From Candidatus Nanoarchaeia archaeon (GTDB lineage Archaea; Nanobdellota; Nanobdellia; Woesearchaeales; DATDTY01), in the NCBI GenBank assembly GCA_035290625.1, contig DATDTY010000018.1, positions 1 to 32,905 on the forward strand: a stretch of 32,905 nt of DNA, in the 5' to 3' direction. Below the pieces are notes generated by a model, which had not been told where the DNA came from, searched no databases, and saw only the letters and a list, made by a program, of their open reading frames with translations. Made by a program: the position numbers and the translations under genes. Below are positions 8,887 to 19,043 of the stretch, piece after piece; within the stretch, counting starts at the first letter, position 1; every line of letters begins with the position of its first letter.

Positions 8887-9333
8887 TTACGAAACAAGAA
8901 TCCTTCTCTCCTTCGGAACATAATTCAGGACTTTTCCTTCAACTGCCTTTCCGCAACCAAGGATGTCCTTATGATGCTTGATGATTTGGTATCCTTCAGC
9001 CTTGCTTGAGATTGTCTCTCCACGAAGCCATTGGCTGGCTTCGCTGTCTGTCACTTCAAGAACATTCTTCTTCGCCTTTGCTGCGATAAGCTGGCTTCCT
9101 TCAATGGAAAGCCGGATTCCGTCTGGCCGGATCTCCCCAAAGTAGAGGCCAGCACGGTCGATTCTGAGTTTCTTTGCGTCTATATCGGCCACATCCTTGG
9201 TGAGCAGGAACACCTTGTCTTTCTCATTCTTCAGGAAGGCTGCATCTATCTTGCCTGTGAAGCTGAATTGGGACTCAAGCTGAGCCATGATTGCCTTCAC
9301 TTCACGTGTGTTGAGGAATTTGAGCTGCTGCAT
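8887..9333 (-). CDS. NIP7-like / PUA-domain ribosome biogenesis RNA-binding protein
   Basis: GLYFG...IRLSIEGSQL...A..WLRG...ILGCGK...VLNYVPKERR. Confidence 0.75.
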   Translation of the reverse strand: MQQLKFLNTREVKAIMAQLESQFSFTGKIDAAFLKNEKDKVFLLTKDVADIDAKKLRIDRAGLYFGEIRPDGIRLSIEGSQLIAAKAKKNVLEVTDSEASQWLRGETISSKAEGYQIIKHHKDILGCGKAVEGKVLNYVPKERRILVS

Positions 9334-9378
9334 TGGTGTTAGAGACTGCCAGTACTATAAATTAGTTTTTATTGAGAA

Positions 9379-9534
9379 AGCAGCGTTCAAAATCTCCTGG
9401 GTTGCCATCGGCTCGCCTAATCTTTCTAAGGAATAAAGCTGACATCCCCGAGGGGGCAAGTCCCCCTGTCAGCTGTGCATCTGCCTGTAAAGAGGCTCGC
9501 AAGAATGATGGCAACCTTCATTTTGAACGCTGCC
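9379..9534. mobile_element. Structured MITE-like element, copy E1
   Basis: TIR AGCAGCGTTCAAAAT/ATTTTGAACGCTGCC; direct repeat TATTGAGAA at 9370..9378 and 9535..9543; core CCCCGAGGGGGCAAGTCCCC at 9446..9465. Confidence 0.8.
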
Positions 9535-9588
9535 TATTGAGAAACTTGTGAGGTTTAGAAAAAAGCATTAAAAAAGAAAAAATGAGCC

Positions 9589-10206
9589 TTACTTTGCGTA
9601 AGGCTGCCTGTGGGCATATTTTTCAAGGGTTGGCTGCTTAGATCTATTCAATAGATCAACCATATCACTGGTCGTCATCTTGGATGGGTCTACTATGTCC
9701 TCCAGACCGATGTGCTTCACAAGATCAGCAGCGTGCTCTTGCTTCAGACCACTATACCCTACCTGAAGGATTTGCTGTAAAGCAGCGTTACGGCCTTTCT
9801 CTGTGTCTTTAAGGAATGCTTGAACGCTGAATTCAGGACCAAGAGCTTCTACTGTCTGGTCAAAGTCTGAAGGTGTTACACCATAAAATCCATTAGCTAC
9901 ACCGCCTGCTTGGAATATATTCCAAGTTGATGTATCTGCTTTAAGCGCAGCCCCAAGACGATTTTTGATCTTGGCACCGAATGCGCTCTTTAGAGCAGCT
10001 TTCTTACCCGGATCAGACAGGTTTGTATAGTTCAGTTCTTCTGTAGCGGGATCGTAGAGCGTTTCCATAGCAGCATCATAAAGTGCTTGCTCGACTACGC
10101 CTGATCTTCCAGCTACTACTCTTTGCGCCTGTTCAGTTAGAGCGAGCGCATCCTTGAAGTCGGAATCTTTTCCTTCAGTTATATCTGCCTTTTTACCTTT
10201 TGTCAT
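9589..10206 (-). CDS. Hypothetical protein
   Basis: 205-aa ORF with GGGGTA RBS-like sequence and a BRE/TATA at 10261..10277. Confidence 0.8.
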   Translation of the reverse strand: MTKGKKADITEGKDSDFKDALALTEQAQRVVAGRSGVVEQALYDAAMETLYDPATEELNYTNLSDPGKKAALKSAFGAKIKNRLGAALKADTSTWNIFQAGGVANGFYGVTPSDFDQTVEALGPEFSVQAFLKDTEKGRNAALQQILQVGYSGLKQEHAADLVKHIGLEDIVDPSKMTTSDMVDLLNRSKQPTLEKYAHRQPYAK

Positions 10207-10260
10207 GTTTTACCCCCACATTGGTATGTGTATTTTGTTATTACTATATAGTAATACAAC

Positions 10261-10277
10261 TTATATATAAATGTTTC
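10261..10277 (-). promoter_or_regulatory. Putative BRE/TATA promoter for 9589..10206
   Basis: GAAACATTTATATATAA on the minus strand, 55 bp upstream of the ATG. Confidence 0.6.
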
Positions 10278-10510
10278 GATTTAATAGGGGCTGTAAAGGT
10301 AAGATTTGCTTGTTTTAGCGTGTGGTGAATTTCTCTGCTTATAAGGCTTTTGGAAGCTGTTCTTTTACAGTGGTAATCGGCTGGTTTTGATTGGCGAATC
10401 GTGGAGAAATGCGCAGTAAGGCTTACCATTTACAATGAGAAAATGGAATGTAAAGGGTAAGGCTTGCGGGTGGAAAGCTATATTAAGCCGGAAAACAAGC
10501 GTTTCTTGAC

Positions 10511-10885
10511 ATGACCCTCACAAACAAACAACGGTACATGCTGTTTATCCTCGGAGAGTATTATAAGAAGGAGAGGGGCAGGCTGAAGAAGAGTTTTCTC
10601 GATATTGCAATCTCAAAGCCGGTGTTCATCGACCTTGTGCTCAGCTCCGGGCTGGTCTCCAAGAAGAGCAGGGCTGTGTACAAGAACTTGGAGGTGTTAG
10701 AGAAGAAGAAGTTGATCTTTTATGAGAACAGGATGCTTAAACTGACTGAACAGGGATTCAAGAGATTCGGGGAGCTTGAGGATGCTATCTCTCCCTATCT
10801 GACAGCAATGCGGATTATCCGCGGCGGGAAGGCAAAAGCAAAGAAGAGCCAGACGATATTCAGCTATTTGGGAAGGATGGTGTAA
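10511..10885 (+). CDS. Winged-helix DNA-binding protein
   Basis: LTNKQRYML...SKKSRAVYKNLEVLEKKKLI...LKLTEQG. Confidence 0.7.
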   Translation: MTLTNKQRYMLFILGEYYKKERGRLKKSFLDIAISKPVFIDLVLSSGLVSKKSRAVYKNLEVLEKKKLIFYENRMLKLTEQGFKRFGELEDAISPYLTAMRIIRGGKAKAKKSQTIFSYLGRMV

Positions 10886-10962
10886 GGGGCTTAAAAAACG
10901 TTATTCTTGCAACCTTTAAAAATCGAAGCTTTTAAATAATAACCTTTAACTTTCTAAGACCA

Positions 10963-12897
10963 ATGGGTAAAAAAACAAAGAAGGAAGCGGGGGCTGATTC
11001 TAAAAAAGAAGAGAAGAAAGAGCAGGATCCGTTTCTCGCAGGGATCAGCCAGCTGCCGAAAGAGGCCCAGGAGAAGCTTAAGGCGATAAAGGCGAAACTC
11101 GACACATTCAAGGAAAAGGTTCTCAGCAAGTTTGACAAGTATGTCGCAGGGATTGCATTATTGCCGCCAAAGAGGAAATTGCAGGACCGGCCGGCACAGC
11201 AGGCTCATGAAGCGATTCAGGAAAACCAGAAAGCGACCCTTGTTCCGGAAAAAGTAGAAGTACAGGGAGAGAAAAAAGAGGAGCCTGAGATTTCTGTCTT
11301 AGTCCTGGTTGATGATTCTGACTCCAGCAAGATGCCAAAGTATGAGCTCAAAGACAAGCTTTCCAAGATCATCCAAACTATGGCGACAGAGGTGGACAAG
11401 GAGATTAAGGTAGAGGTCATCATCCTGTCAGAGCTTTGGCAGAGCTGCTTTGACGGAAAATATGACCTTCTGCAGCTCATTGCGGTTTCTGCCGCTGTGT
11501 ACGATAAGGGCATGCTGAGCGCAATCAAGATAGCTGAAGTCCACAAGAATATGGTGTTGAGGAAGTTTGAGAAGTACATTGTGAGCTATGTCTTAGCCGG
11601 AAGCCTTGTGCAGGGAAGGGCCACTAAGGAATCTGATATCGATGTCTGGATTGTGATTGATGATACTGATGTCAAGAAGATGACCCGGATTGAGCTCAAG
11701 GATAAGCTCAGGGCGATCATCATTGGGATGGGGATAGAGGCGGGCGAGCTCACAGGGATCAAGAACAAGATCAACATCCAGGTGTATATCCTCACTGAGT
11801 TCTGGGACAGCCTCAAGGAGGCAAATCCTATCATCTTTACTCTGCTCAGGGATGGTGTGCCCTTTTATGATCGTGGAATCTTCATGCCATGGAAGCAGCT
11901 TCTGAGGATGGGGAGGATCAAGCCGAGCTGGGAAGCCATTGACATGTTCATGAAATCAGGGGATCAGATGGTGTCCAGGGTCAAATACAAGCTGAAGGAG
12001 ATTGGTATGGAGGATGTGTTTTACGCCTTATTGACTCCTTCACAGGCTGCAATCATGATGATGGGGATAGCACCGCCTGCTCCGAAAGAGACTCCTGACC
12101 TGATGCGGGAGCTGTTTGTGAAAAAGAAGGCAATGATTGAAGAGAAGTACATCAAGATACTGGAAGATGTCATCAAGCTCAGGAAGGACCTGGAGCATGG
12201 AACAAAGAAAGAGGTTGAAGGGAAGGAGATTGATGGCCTTATCCGGGATGCTGACAGCTTCCTGAAACGGATCAAGAAGCTCTTTGGCCAGATTGATGAG
12301 ATGCGCGAGGCTGAGAGCATGGTCCATCTCTCTGACAGCATTCTTGGCACAACACGGGATGCGTTGCGGCTTGAAGGAGTAGAAGGGGTTGCCGACAAGG
12401 ATCTTGTTGCTGCATTTGAGGACAAGTTTGTGATCCAGGGAAGGATTCCTGCAAGGCATCTGAGGATGCTGAAGGATCTGCTGAAGGCAAAGAAGGATTA
12501 TGACGCCAAGAAGCTTACGAAGCAGGAGGTTGAGAAGCTGAAGAAGGACTCAGGAGGCTTCATCAGGTATATGGTAGAGCATATGCAGCGAAGGCGCGGG
12601 AGAGAGATTGAGCGGGCCAAAGTCAGGGTGAAGTACGGGGAGAAGTTTGCAGATGTCATCCTGCTTGGAGAGCAGGCATTCATCATCCATGATATCGATG
12701 CTGAGCAGAAGCAGATTTCCAAGGCGAAGATCAAAGAAGATGGAAGCCTGGGAGCGCTGGCAACGTCAAATCTTGAAGAATTTGAGAAGGATCTTGCCAA
12801 GGTGACTATTCCACCCAAGGTCTTTATCAAGGAGCCGATCTTTGAAAACCTTAAGAATATCTTTGGGCATGATATTGAGATTCTGGTGAATTACTAA
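10963..12897 (+). CDS. Tandem minimal nucleotidyltransferase + HEPN-like domain protein
   Basis: Intact NTase motif GSLVQG...SDIDVWIVIDD, preceded by a degenerate NTase repeat (VLVLVDD). Helical HEPN-like region with RKDLEH (RX4H). Confidence 0.8.
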   Translation: MGKKTKKEAGADSKKEEKKEQDPFLAGISQLPKEAQEKLKAIKAKLDTFKEKVLSKFDKYVAGIALLPPKRKLQDRPAQQAHEAIQENQKATLVPEKVEVQGEKKEEPEISVLVLVDDSDSSKMPKYELKDKLSKIIQTMATEVDKEIKVEVIILSELWQSCFDGKYDLLQLIAVSAAVYDKGMLSAIKIAEVHKNMVLRKFEKYIVSYVLAGSLVQGRATKESDIDVWIVIDDTDVKKMTRIELKDKLRAIIIGMGIEAGELTGIKNKINIQVYILTEFWDSLKEANPIIFTLLRDGVPFYDRGIFMPWKQLLRMGRIKPSWEAIDMFMKSGDQMVSRVKYKLKEIGMEDVFYALLTPSQAAIMMMGIAPPAPKETPDLMRELFVKKKAMIEEKYIKILEDVIKLRKDLEHGTKKEVEGKEIDGLIRDADSFLKRIKKLFGQIDEMREAESMVHLSDSILGTTRDALRLEGVEGVADKDLVAAFEDKFVIQGRIPARHLRMLKDLLKAKKDYDAKKLTKQEVEKLKKDSGGFIRYMVEHMQRRRGREIERAKVRVKYGEKFADVILLGEQAFIIHDIDAEQKQISKAKIKEDGSLGALATSNLEEFEKDLAKVTIPPKVFIKEPIFENLKNIFGHDIEILVNY

Positions 12898-12999
12898 AAC
12901 AGTTTATGGCTTTATTTCTGAGGGTTTCACGCTTGGTTCTGTAATAGGTTAAGCTCGGCCTGACCTTAACATTGTTTTCTGAATGGGCCTGCCTGGATA

Positions 13000-13202
13000 G
13001 GCTCTGCCGAAATCCTTCGCTTCGCGGCAGTGCCGGTACTCAAAAATGCTTTGTATTTTTGGTCGCTCCTTCGGAGCAGCTCGGTCTCGGCACGTTTACG
13101 AATATATCGACATATCCCCGAAGGTGGCAACCCCCTTGTCGATGCTCATTCTTTGGAATACTGACCTCGCGAATGGGCACTGCACCGGATTTCAGCAGAG
13201 CT
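13000..13202. mobile_element. Structured MITE-like element, copy E2
   Basis: TIR GGCTCTGCCGAAATCC/GGATTTCAGCAGAGCT; imperfect direct repeat GCCTGGATA (12991..12999) / GCCGGATA (13203..13210); core CCCCGAAGGTGGCAACCCCC at 13116..13135. Confidence 0.8.
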
Positions 13203-13258
13203 GCCGGATAGAAATCTTTATATATAAATTACCTTATATGTAGCTTTTAGGATACATA

Positions 13259-13438
13259 ATGGGTACTAAAGAGATAGGATCCGCAAAGATACATGTAAAG
13301 TTCACAAGAGAGCAGCTTGGGATAATCAGCAATCTCAAAGGAATTCTTGGCGGCACGAATGCTGAAGTTGTAAGGACAATCTGCATGGCGTATCTGTCTG
13401 AGAAGAACTTTCTTTCAAAGAAGAGGGGCGCTCCATGA
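13259..13438 (+). CDS. Ribbon-helix-helix (CopG-like) regulator, 59 aa; absent from the ORF track
   Basis: MGTKEIGSAKIHVKFTREQLGIISNLKGILGGTNAEVVRTICMAYLSEKNFLSKKRGAP; TATA at 13217; ATGA overlap with the next gene. Confidence 0.75.
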   Translation: MGTKEIGSAKIHVKFTREQLGIISNLKGILGGTNAEVVRTICMAYLSEKNFLSKKRGAP

Positions 13439-16400
13439 GGAATGCAGCGGCAATAAGGAGCGTGGAAAAGGGCAAGAGCGGGGCAAACGCATCTCGAAGG
13501 ATGGTCTATGCTTCATTGCTCGGCCTGATTCTGGCTGTTTTCTTATTTACGCCGCTTTTTTGGAGGCTTGATCCTACAGGGTATATTGTTGCAAAGCGAA
13601 CAACGACATATTCCCAGGAAGTGGGATGGGAGATAAATGAAAGCTCTGATGCTCTTTGGCTGGTAGAGCACCCGCAGGAGATAGTCCATATTGCAGTGAG
13701 CGGAAGCATAGCAAAGACTGGAAGCGCTAAGATATTTATTGAGGGATCAGATGGGCGCTACCTGATTTTTGACAGCAGCAGATTAGAGGAAAAAGGATTA
13801 TGGATAGTAACTGGCGCAGCTGTTCCCAATGAGAGTTTTGCCAATGAAACGACGTCTAATGAAACGATGTTAAACCTATCAGCCAACACTGGTTTTTCAA
13901 ATGAGACAAGCATCCAAACAAATATCACTTCAGCAAATATCACTCGGGTTCAGGAAGATAGGGGTTCTGCACCAACGCCGGCATCCGTTCTGGAAAGGAC
14001 CACTTTCAGCAATGCGTGCATTGATACCTGCGATGTAGCCGGATTCAACAGCAGCTCATATGTTCTTGTTTTTGAGATTAATGGCACTTATGTGCATATA
14101 GACGGCATTTCCTATTCCATTGAGAGGGAGGTTCTCAATAAACCACCTATTTTTGCCGGCATTCCCAACCAGACTATGATGATGGGCACGAATCTTTCTT
14201 TGAAGTTGAGTGATTATGCGCTTGATCCCGACAACGACTCCCTGACCTTCTCGTCATATAAGGCGGATAATTTGTCTGTCGTGATCGAAGGGGACCTGGT
14301 TACGCTGCTGCCTGAGCCGGGGTTTGAAGGAACGCGGTATATCTTCTTTATAGCTAATGACAGCATTGATGTTGCGGTTTCGCCTCTTGTTGAGGTTTCT
14401 GTAAGCAGAATTGCAAGACAGAGAATAGAAGGAGAGACTTTTCAGAGTTCTGCCAGGATTGGCAAACCTGTAAAATGGGTTAAGAGGATCAGAGGAGAGA
14501 AGGGCAGGGAGAACATAAGCACTGAGCTTCCAAGATTAGCGGGAAATATTTCTGTCAGGAAGGTGAATGAGCTGACTGGCGAGGAAAGAGAGCTTGAGAT
14601 TGCTGTTCAAAATGAAAGAGAAGTACAAGAGGTTCCTGCCATTATAACCGGCCAGGCAGTCAGTGAGGACAGCATATCAGGGGGTTCTGGATTGATTTCG
14701 AGATTTTTTGCATCCATTTCAGGAGCCAACAGGATCACGGGAAGGGCTGTTGAAGTGGTTCAGGAGCAGGAGAAAGAGAATATCACTGTGAACATAGACG
14801 GGGAAGCGGTTGAAGAGGAGGATGAATTTGTCATTGAATATTATACTGATGCCCCGTATGCAGAGGAGCGCAGGATAGATGGAAGATCCAAGGAGATAAC
14901 CGTTATCGGGCCTGATGAGGTTGGGTATGAGAATGTACTGGCTTTCTCAGAGCTTCCTTTTGAGGTTAGTGATGAGAGAAAGATAAAGCTGTATCATAGT
15001 GTTGACGGACTTAAGCAGGAAAGCGAGTTCACAGCATATGATAATGATGGAGACGGATTGTATGAGCGCATAGAATGGGTCGTTCCTCATCTGAGCGAGC
15101 AGGTTTATGAAATCGTCATTATAACAAAGGCTGAGCACCTGGATGAGAATAAGGCTGTTGTAAGCGATATATATGAAAGCGTTAAGGAACAGGAAGGAAT
15201 CTGGTCTGAGCCCATCCCTCCAAACCATTATGTTAGGGCCACATTTGAACAGCCGCTTGACTCTGCAAAAGACATAACCCTATACGCAAGATCTGCCGGC
15301 AACAGCTCAGCTTCTCTGGAGGTTTATACTGAGAACGGAGAGGGGATCATAGCATCAATTGGAAACATAACCGCAGAAAACAGCTATACGATGCCCCTTA
15401 TAGGATTGTCAGAAAGCACAGCAACTGTTGATATAAAAGTCCTTGATGGAACAATCGAGATCGACTATATCGTCGATCCCAGCCTGATCTCTGTATCAAC
15501 AGCAACTATTCCCCGAGTGATAAATATCCAGGGAAAACTGACAAATGCAGCAAATGCAGCAGTCTCTGACGGGACCTATGGGTTTGTGTTTACCCTGTAT
15601 AATGTCTCAAGCGGCGGCACGGGATTGTGGAATGAGAGCCACAATATCACAACCGTGAGCGGGGTGTATGATGCTGACCTTGGCAGAAAAACTTCCATGA
15701 ACCTTGAATTTGACCAGAGTTATTACCTTGGAATCAAGGTAGAGAGCGATGCAGAGATGACACCGAGGATAAACTTAACAACAAATCCGTGGGCATTCCG
15801 CTCTTTTGTCGCGTATGAGCTCGCAAGCACTGATGGATGGATATCATTGAAGGGGAATGTGAACGCAACCCAGAACCTTACAGTTGTTGAGAACCTGAAT
15901 GTAACTGGGAACATAACAGCAGCACAGTTTATTGGAGATGGAAGCCTGCTGACGGGGATTAGCAGCGGAGGAGGGAATACTACTACTGAAATGGCTTCTG
16001 CCCTGGACAACACGAGCATTGTTCGGGAGTATCAAGGGTATTTCAAAAGCGAAGTCAATCTGACCCAATTATTGGATGATAATTACAGGAATATATCAAG
16101 CAGGGTTGGCAACACAACGGCAGAGATACGGGAGCAGTTCCTTAACTCAAGCAATGTCACGATCAGAGATGGGGTTATTTCTATCAATGAAACGTTCCTG
16201 AGGGCAGGGGATGCAGCAGGCGGAAACACTTCTGCTGAGATGATAGATGCAACTACCGGGAATGTTAACTCTACTTCATGGTTGAAAGCTGGCGCAAACA
16301 TTATCTTAAAGGTTTTTTCAGATTTTGTTGGCATTGGCACATCCGGGCCATCATCTCGGCTGGATGTCAATGGAAGCGTTAACGCAACCCAGTACCTGAT

Positions 16401-18939
16401 TAACGGGACTGACATCTATAACGTATTTACTGAGCTGACTGATACAAAGGGCAATACCACATCAGAGATTGCCTCTGCCTTGGACAACACAACCATCTTA
16501 AGAGATTACCAGAAGCATGGCAATACCACGGCAGAGATATGGGAGCAATTCGGCAATTCCAGTAATATAACCATCATAAATGGAATTATTTCTATCAATG
16601 CTTCTTTTGTTGACGAAGGGCATGTTTTTGGAAATACGTCTGCTGAGATTGTTTCCGCTATGGCAAGCGAAATATCCAGCCTTAATACTTCCCTGAATAA
16701 TTCTTTCAGATCAGAAGACACGAACCTTAACGCTTCTATGAAAGAGTATGCAAGGAGCGAGGTTATTTTATTGAACACTTCCTTAAATAATTCCTTCAGA
16801 TCAGAAGACACGAACCTTAATGCATCAGCACAGGCTTATGCAAGAACTGAAGCTGCCAATCTGAATGCTTCTGTGAAGGCGTATGCAGACAATGCTGATT
16901 CACTTTTGAATGTTTCTATGAGGAGTTTGGGGTTCTTTAACAGCTTATCAAACATAACAGGGTATTTGAATATATCAAATGTGAAGATCACTGGCATTGC
17001 TAATTTCAGCGATGTGAATGTGACTGGCGGATTGTATGTGAGGGACAAAGTAGGCATTGGAACAACAGCGCCATCCCATACATTAACCGTAGCCGGGACT
17101 ATGAATGTATCAGGCAATACCCTGATTCTTGGAGAGCTGAATACAACAGGGAGAACAAACTTTAATGATGTAAATATCTCAGGAGTGTTTGACGCAGGGT
17201 TTCGCATTGCGGCTCCTGACAGGGAGGCTGTTACACAGAACCTCTGGATTCCACGATGGCCGGACTTGCAGTATGTGATTATGCAGGATTACCAGGACGA
17301 GCTTGCATACGCTGATATGTTTGCAGATAACATATCTGTTTCTCCAGCTGTTGAGGGCGGAACATCAATCAACAATATTTTCCGTGATGATGCAACGTGG
17401 GCGCAATTTAATTCTGGCGGATCCCCCTATCCAATAATAATAGATGTTAATTTGACAAGCAATCCGATTACTGCCAAGGCCAGCAGCAAATTCAATCTTG
17501 GGCTTACATTTAGGTCTACAGCTGCTGCAAACCCCAACAGGATTTCTGTGGAATTGTATAATTCCAGCGATGAATGGGTTCTCGCAACGAACACAACGTA
17601 TAACAGCACCGGCTCAAATGATGTCTGGCTTTCCCCGAGCCTTACCGGCCTTTCTGATACAAGCAGTGGTATCCGGGGCTTGAGGGTAACATTATACGGC
17701 ACCAATCCCCTGCCTGCAAATTTCCTTCTTCAGAGGATGATACTCTACCACCGAACTGCTCCGTGGGATCCCTGGAAGCTCCACATTGGCGGAGGGATGA
17801 TGTACGGCGGGGTGAATTTTTCAGGAGTCACCCAAGATATCACCACCCCTGCAGGAGAAGATCTCGCCTTGATGCCTGGAGGAAAAGTGACTGTTGTTGG
17901 GGATTTGAATGTCACTGGAACATCTTATATCTATGCAACTGAGGGAGTGATACAGCCAGTCTACGGGAGTGATGATGGATTAGCTTTGTATCTGCCATTC
18001 AACACAAATGAGACAACGAACCAACAGTATGATTATAGCCCTTACGGAAATGACGGGCTCATGGTAGGAGGGGTTGTCTGCAATTCAACGTATGGAAAGT
18101 ATGGGGTTGGATGCAATTTTTATGGATCTGGCGATTATATAGATTCAGGAAGGGATTTAGTAGCTGAGCTGGATCAGGTTAATGAGTTTACGCTCTTGGC
18201 GTGGATCAAACCAGCAAATGCTGACAAGTTTATGGGGATAATGGGGACAGGCAATCCCTATAGCGCTGACGGTGAGGGATTTATACTTGATTATAGAGGG
18301 AGTGTTGCTGGAGACCCAATACGGTTTCAATTGAATAATGATTCAGGAACCGCAACAACCATAACTGTGAATATTGGAGATCTTTCCAACCAATGGATCC
18401 ATGTTGCTGCTGTGGTAAACAGAACAGGGAATGTTGATGTGTATCTGAATGGCTCTCGAAAGGGAGGAGGCAGCATAGCTGTAAACTCTGGCGGGACAAT
18501 TAATAGCGGGACGGGTCTGGTTGTTGGTGTGTATGGCGAGGCATTAGGCACAGCAGACTTCAACGGCACAATTGATGAGCCTATGATTTATAAAAGAGCG
18601 TTATCACCGGATGAAATAAGAACGCAGTATCTCAGAGGCATTAAGGCTCATGGAACTCTCCAGGCAGATGAATTTAAGATTGCCAATACAACAGGCACTT
18701 TATCCTTAAAACTGAACCAGACCGATTTCCTATTCTCTACAGCTGGCATTGAAAGGTTTAGGATTGATAGCGCAGGAAAGGTAGGGATTGGAACATCAAC
18801 ACCAACGACTAAACTGGATGTGTTCGGTCAGGTCAATTCTACGGGGTATATTGCAAACGCATCAGTCGGATTTACAGGAAGCTGCGCAAGCACAACAACA
18901 ATAACAGTGGTGGGAGGGATCATTACTGCATGCAGTTAA
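13435..18939 (+). CDS. Giant membrane-anchored surface glycoprotein (Ig/cadherin-like, fibre-like repeats, LamG domain)
   Basis: N-terminal TM followed by TGY; DPDND cadherin-like motif; INIQGKLT..G.Y.F.LY..GG..LW.E module; VGIGT..P...LDV.G repeats; LamG (FTLLAWIKP...WIHVAAV...YLNG...FNGTIDE..IY.RALS..EI); very many N-x-S/T sequons. Confidence 0.85.
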   Translation: MRNAAAIRSVEKGKSGANASRRMVYASLLGLILAVFLFTPLFWRLDPTGYIVAKRTTTYSQEVGWEINESSDALWLVEHPQEIVHIAVSGSIAKTGSAKIFIEGSDGRYLIFDSSRLEEKGLWIVTGAAVPNESFANETTSNETMLNLSANTGFSNETSIQTNITSANITRVQEDRGSAPTPASVLERTTFSNACIDTCDVAGFNSSSYVLVFEINGTYVHIDGISYSIEREVLNKPPIFAGIPNQTMMMGTNLSLKLSDYALDPDNDSLTFSSYKADNLSVVIEGDLVTLLPEPGFEGTRYIFFIANDSIDVAVSPLVEVSVSRIARQRIEGETFQSSARIGKPVKWVKRIRGEKGRENISTELPRLAGNISVRKVNELTGEERELEIAVQNEREVQEVPAIITGQAVSEDSISGGSGLISRFFASISGANRITGRAVEVVQEQEKENITVNIDGEAVEEEDEFVIEYYTDAPYAEERRIDGRSKEITVIGPDEVGYENVLAFSELPFEVSDERKIKLYHSVDGLKQESEFTAYDNDGDGLYERIEWVVPHLSEQVYEIVIITKAEHLDENKAVVSDIYESVKEQEGIWSEPIPPNHYVRATFEQPLDSAKDITLYARSAGNSSASLEVYTENGEGIIASIGNITAENSYTMPLIGLSESTATVDIKVLDGTIEIDYIVDPSLISVSTATIPRVINIQGKLTNAANAAVSDGTYGFVFTLYNVSSGGTGLWNESHNITTVSGVYDADLGRKTSMNLEFDQSYYLGIKVESDAEMTPRINLTTNPWAFRSFVAYELASTDGWISLKGNVNATQNLTVVENLNVTGNITAAQFIGDGSLLTGISSGGGNTTTEMASALDNTSIVREYQGYFKSEVNLTQLLDDNYRNISSRVGNTTAEIREQFLNSSNVTIRDGVISINETFLRAGDAAGGNTSAEMIDATTGNVNSTSWLKAGANIILKVFSDFVGIGTSGPSSRLDVNGSVNATQYLINGTDIYNVFTELTDTKGNTTSEIASALDNTTILRDYQKHGNTTAEIWEQFGNSSNITIINGIISINASFVDEGHVFGNTSAEIVSAMASEISSLNTSLNNSFRSEDTNLNASMKEYARSEVILLNTSLNNSFRSEDTNLNASAQAYARTEAANLNASVKAYADNADSLLNVSMRSLGFFNSLSNITGYLNISNVKITGIANFSDVNVTGGLYVRDKVGIGTTAPSHTLTVAGTMNVSGNTLILGELNTTGRTNFNDVNISGVFDAGFRIAAPDREAVTQNLWIPRWPDLQYVIMQDYQDELAYADMFADNISVSPAVEGGTSINNIFRDDATWAQFNSGGSPYPIIIDVNLTSNPITAKASSKFNLGLTFRSTAAANPNRISVELYNSSDEWVLATNTTYNSTGSNDVWLSPSLTGLSDTSSGIRGLRVTLYGTNPLPANFLLQRMILYHRTAPWDPWKLHIGGGMMYGGVNFSGVTQDITTPAGEDLALMPGGKVTVVGDLNVTGTSYIYATEGVIQPVYGSDDGLALYLPFNTNETTNQQYDYSPYGNDGLMVGGVVCNSTYGKYGVGCNFYGSGDYIDSGRDLVAELDQVNEFTLLAWIKPANADKFMGIMGTGNPYSADGEGFILDYRGSVAGDPIRFQLNNDSGTATTITVNIGDLSNQWIHVAAVVNRTGNVDVYLNGSRKGGGSIAVNSGGTINSGTGLVVGVYGEALGTADFNGTIDEPMIYKRALSPDEIRTQYLRGIKAHGTLQADEFKIANTTGTLSLKLNQTDFLFSTAGIERFRIDSAGKVGIGTSTPTTKLDVFGQVNSTGYIANASVGFTGSCASTTTITVVGGIITACS
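15970..16850 (+). repeat. Internal coding repeats in the surface protein
   Basis: GNT[TS]xE modules duplicated (ASALDNT..RxYQ twice; GNTTAEI.EQF.NSSN.TI twice); 90-bp tandem unit LNTSLNNSFRSEDTNLNAS at 16684 and 16774. Confidence 0.85.
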
Positions 18940-19043
18940 TGGCCGAGTTGGATTATTGGATGATATACGGATATGCAGGAATCAGGAGGTTACGTAGAGA
19001 TCATATTCAGAGCCGTATCATTTCATAACATTGGGGAGAGGGT

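Noticed and set aside
13140..13185. HDV-like ribozyme, suggested by GCGAATGGG near the 3' end of E2
   Set aside because: There is no room for the P3/L3/P1.1 double pseudoknot: only 4-5 nt separate P1 and P2 in E1, E4 and E5, and the motif varies between copies.
12972..13243. ORFs 12972..13211 and 13046..13243; also 20208..20459, 20583..20786, 22059..22316 and 22300..22563
   Set aside because: They run across the structured elements. The peptide similarity between some (TQKCF.FLVAP.EQ) reflects the DNA repeat, and starts, stops and frames are not conserved among copies.
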